From contig JABDGZ010000004.1 of NCBI GenBank assembly GCA_013285735.1, positions 999 through 64,998 on the forward strand: a stretch of 64,000 nt of DNA. Reading direction: 5' to 3'. The notes beneath the pieces are model-generated. The model was not told the DNA's origin. It was given only the letters and a program-made list of their open reading frames with translations, and searched no databases. How positions within the stretch are numbered: the stretch's first letter is position 1; each line of letters begins with the position of its first letter. Shown piece by piece: positions 63,599-64,000 of the stretch. This DNA comes from Candidatus Omnitrophota bacterium. GTDB lineage: Bacteria; Omnitrophota; Gorgyraeia; Zapsychrales; Fredricksoniimonadaceae. The translations under genes were made by a program, and so were the position numbers.

Positions 63599-64000
63599 TG
63601 ACTCCGTATTATTTACTGCGATGGTTGATCCTCATCTTCTTAGGGCTTTTGGTTTACGCCCAGACCTTTCATTTCGATTTTGTTTTTGATGACTACATTT
63701 TCATTGTCAATAATCCTTTCATCAAGAATTTTAGCAATATCCACTTGATGTGGCAAACCTTTCCCAGGACCCGCTTTACAGGCATGTATTCCTTTGCGTT
63801 AAATTATTATTTCAATCAGCTGGCACCCCAGGGCTATCACATTTTTAATTTTATCGTGCATCTATGTGCAGCTTGGCTGGTATGGGCCTTGGCAGGTCTG
63901 CTTTTTAAAATTGTAAAAATTCCACAAGATTACGCAGCAAAAGAACTCCCATTTATCATTGCGGTGATTTTTTTAGTGCATCCCTGCCAAACTCAGGCCA
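63599..64000 (+). CDS. membrane protein, N-terminal fragment (PMT-like glycosyltransferase / DUF1736-TPR family). It continues beyond the window.
   Basis: LLRWLILIFLGLLVYAQTFHFDFVFDDYIFIVNNPFI...QGYHIFNFIVHLCAAWLV matches the conserved N-terminus of bacterial TPR-containing PMT-like proteins. Confidence 0.55.

Overview
This is a 64-kb chromosomal segment from a Gram-negative, proteobacteria-like bacterium at roughly 43-46% GC. It is densely coding with short intergenic spacers. Most of it is housekeeping metabolism. From the start: thioredoxin reductase, korAB-type 2-oxoacid:ferredoxin oxidoreductase, bioB, thiC, an IscA-like protein, M16 and M20 peptidases, trpBA, an inositol-monophosphatase-family protein, a universal stress protein, a fadB/fadA-like beta-oxidation pair, a PaaK-like CoA ligase, transaldolase, a split transketolase and tRNA-Lys(CTT). 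Further on: a PilT-like ATPase, a CPBP intramembrane protease, MtaB, Dus, a flavoprotein disulfide reductase, an ABC-2 exporter, a glutathione / Fe-S redox cluster (gshA-like, gshB, grx, two BolA, grxD), ilvBN, yifB/comM, accA and rlmN. The standout region is an AT-richer accessory island at about 47.2-58.6 kb. It encodes three very large proteins (667, about 1070 and 1180 aa) and is split by an IS66-family insertion sequence (tnpA-tnpB-tnpC). A fourth large protein (854 aa, at 14.5-17.0 kb) is paralogous to the 1070-aa protein across its roughly 370-aa N-terminal domain. All four large proteins end in the same 60-70-aa C-terminal module (GGIDL[ST]PxN..LQ...G.IKFH......L.Q...A.G..P.I..I.P.......FLG). 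I do not recognise this module. It looks like a lineage-specific targeting, secretion or interaction domain defining a new protein family. Other recurring elements are a REP-like palindrome family (GATTCCCGCTTTCGCGGGAATGACA, five copies, two of them supplying the stop codon of a CDS), a duplicated 22-bp perfect terminator hairpin, and an unannotated 55-aa secreted peptide gene with a strong RBS. No CRISPR array or rRNA is present.
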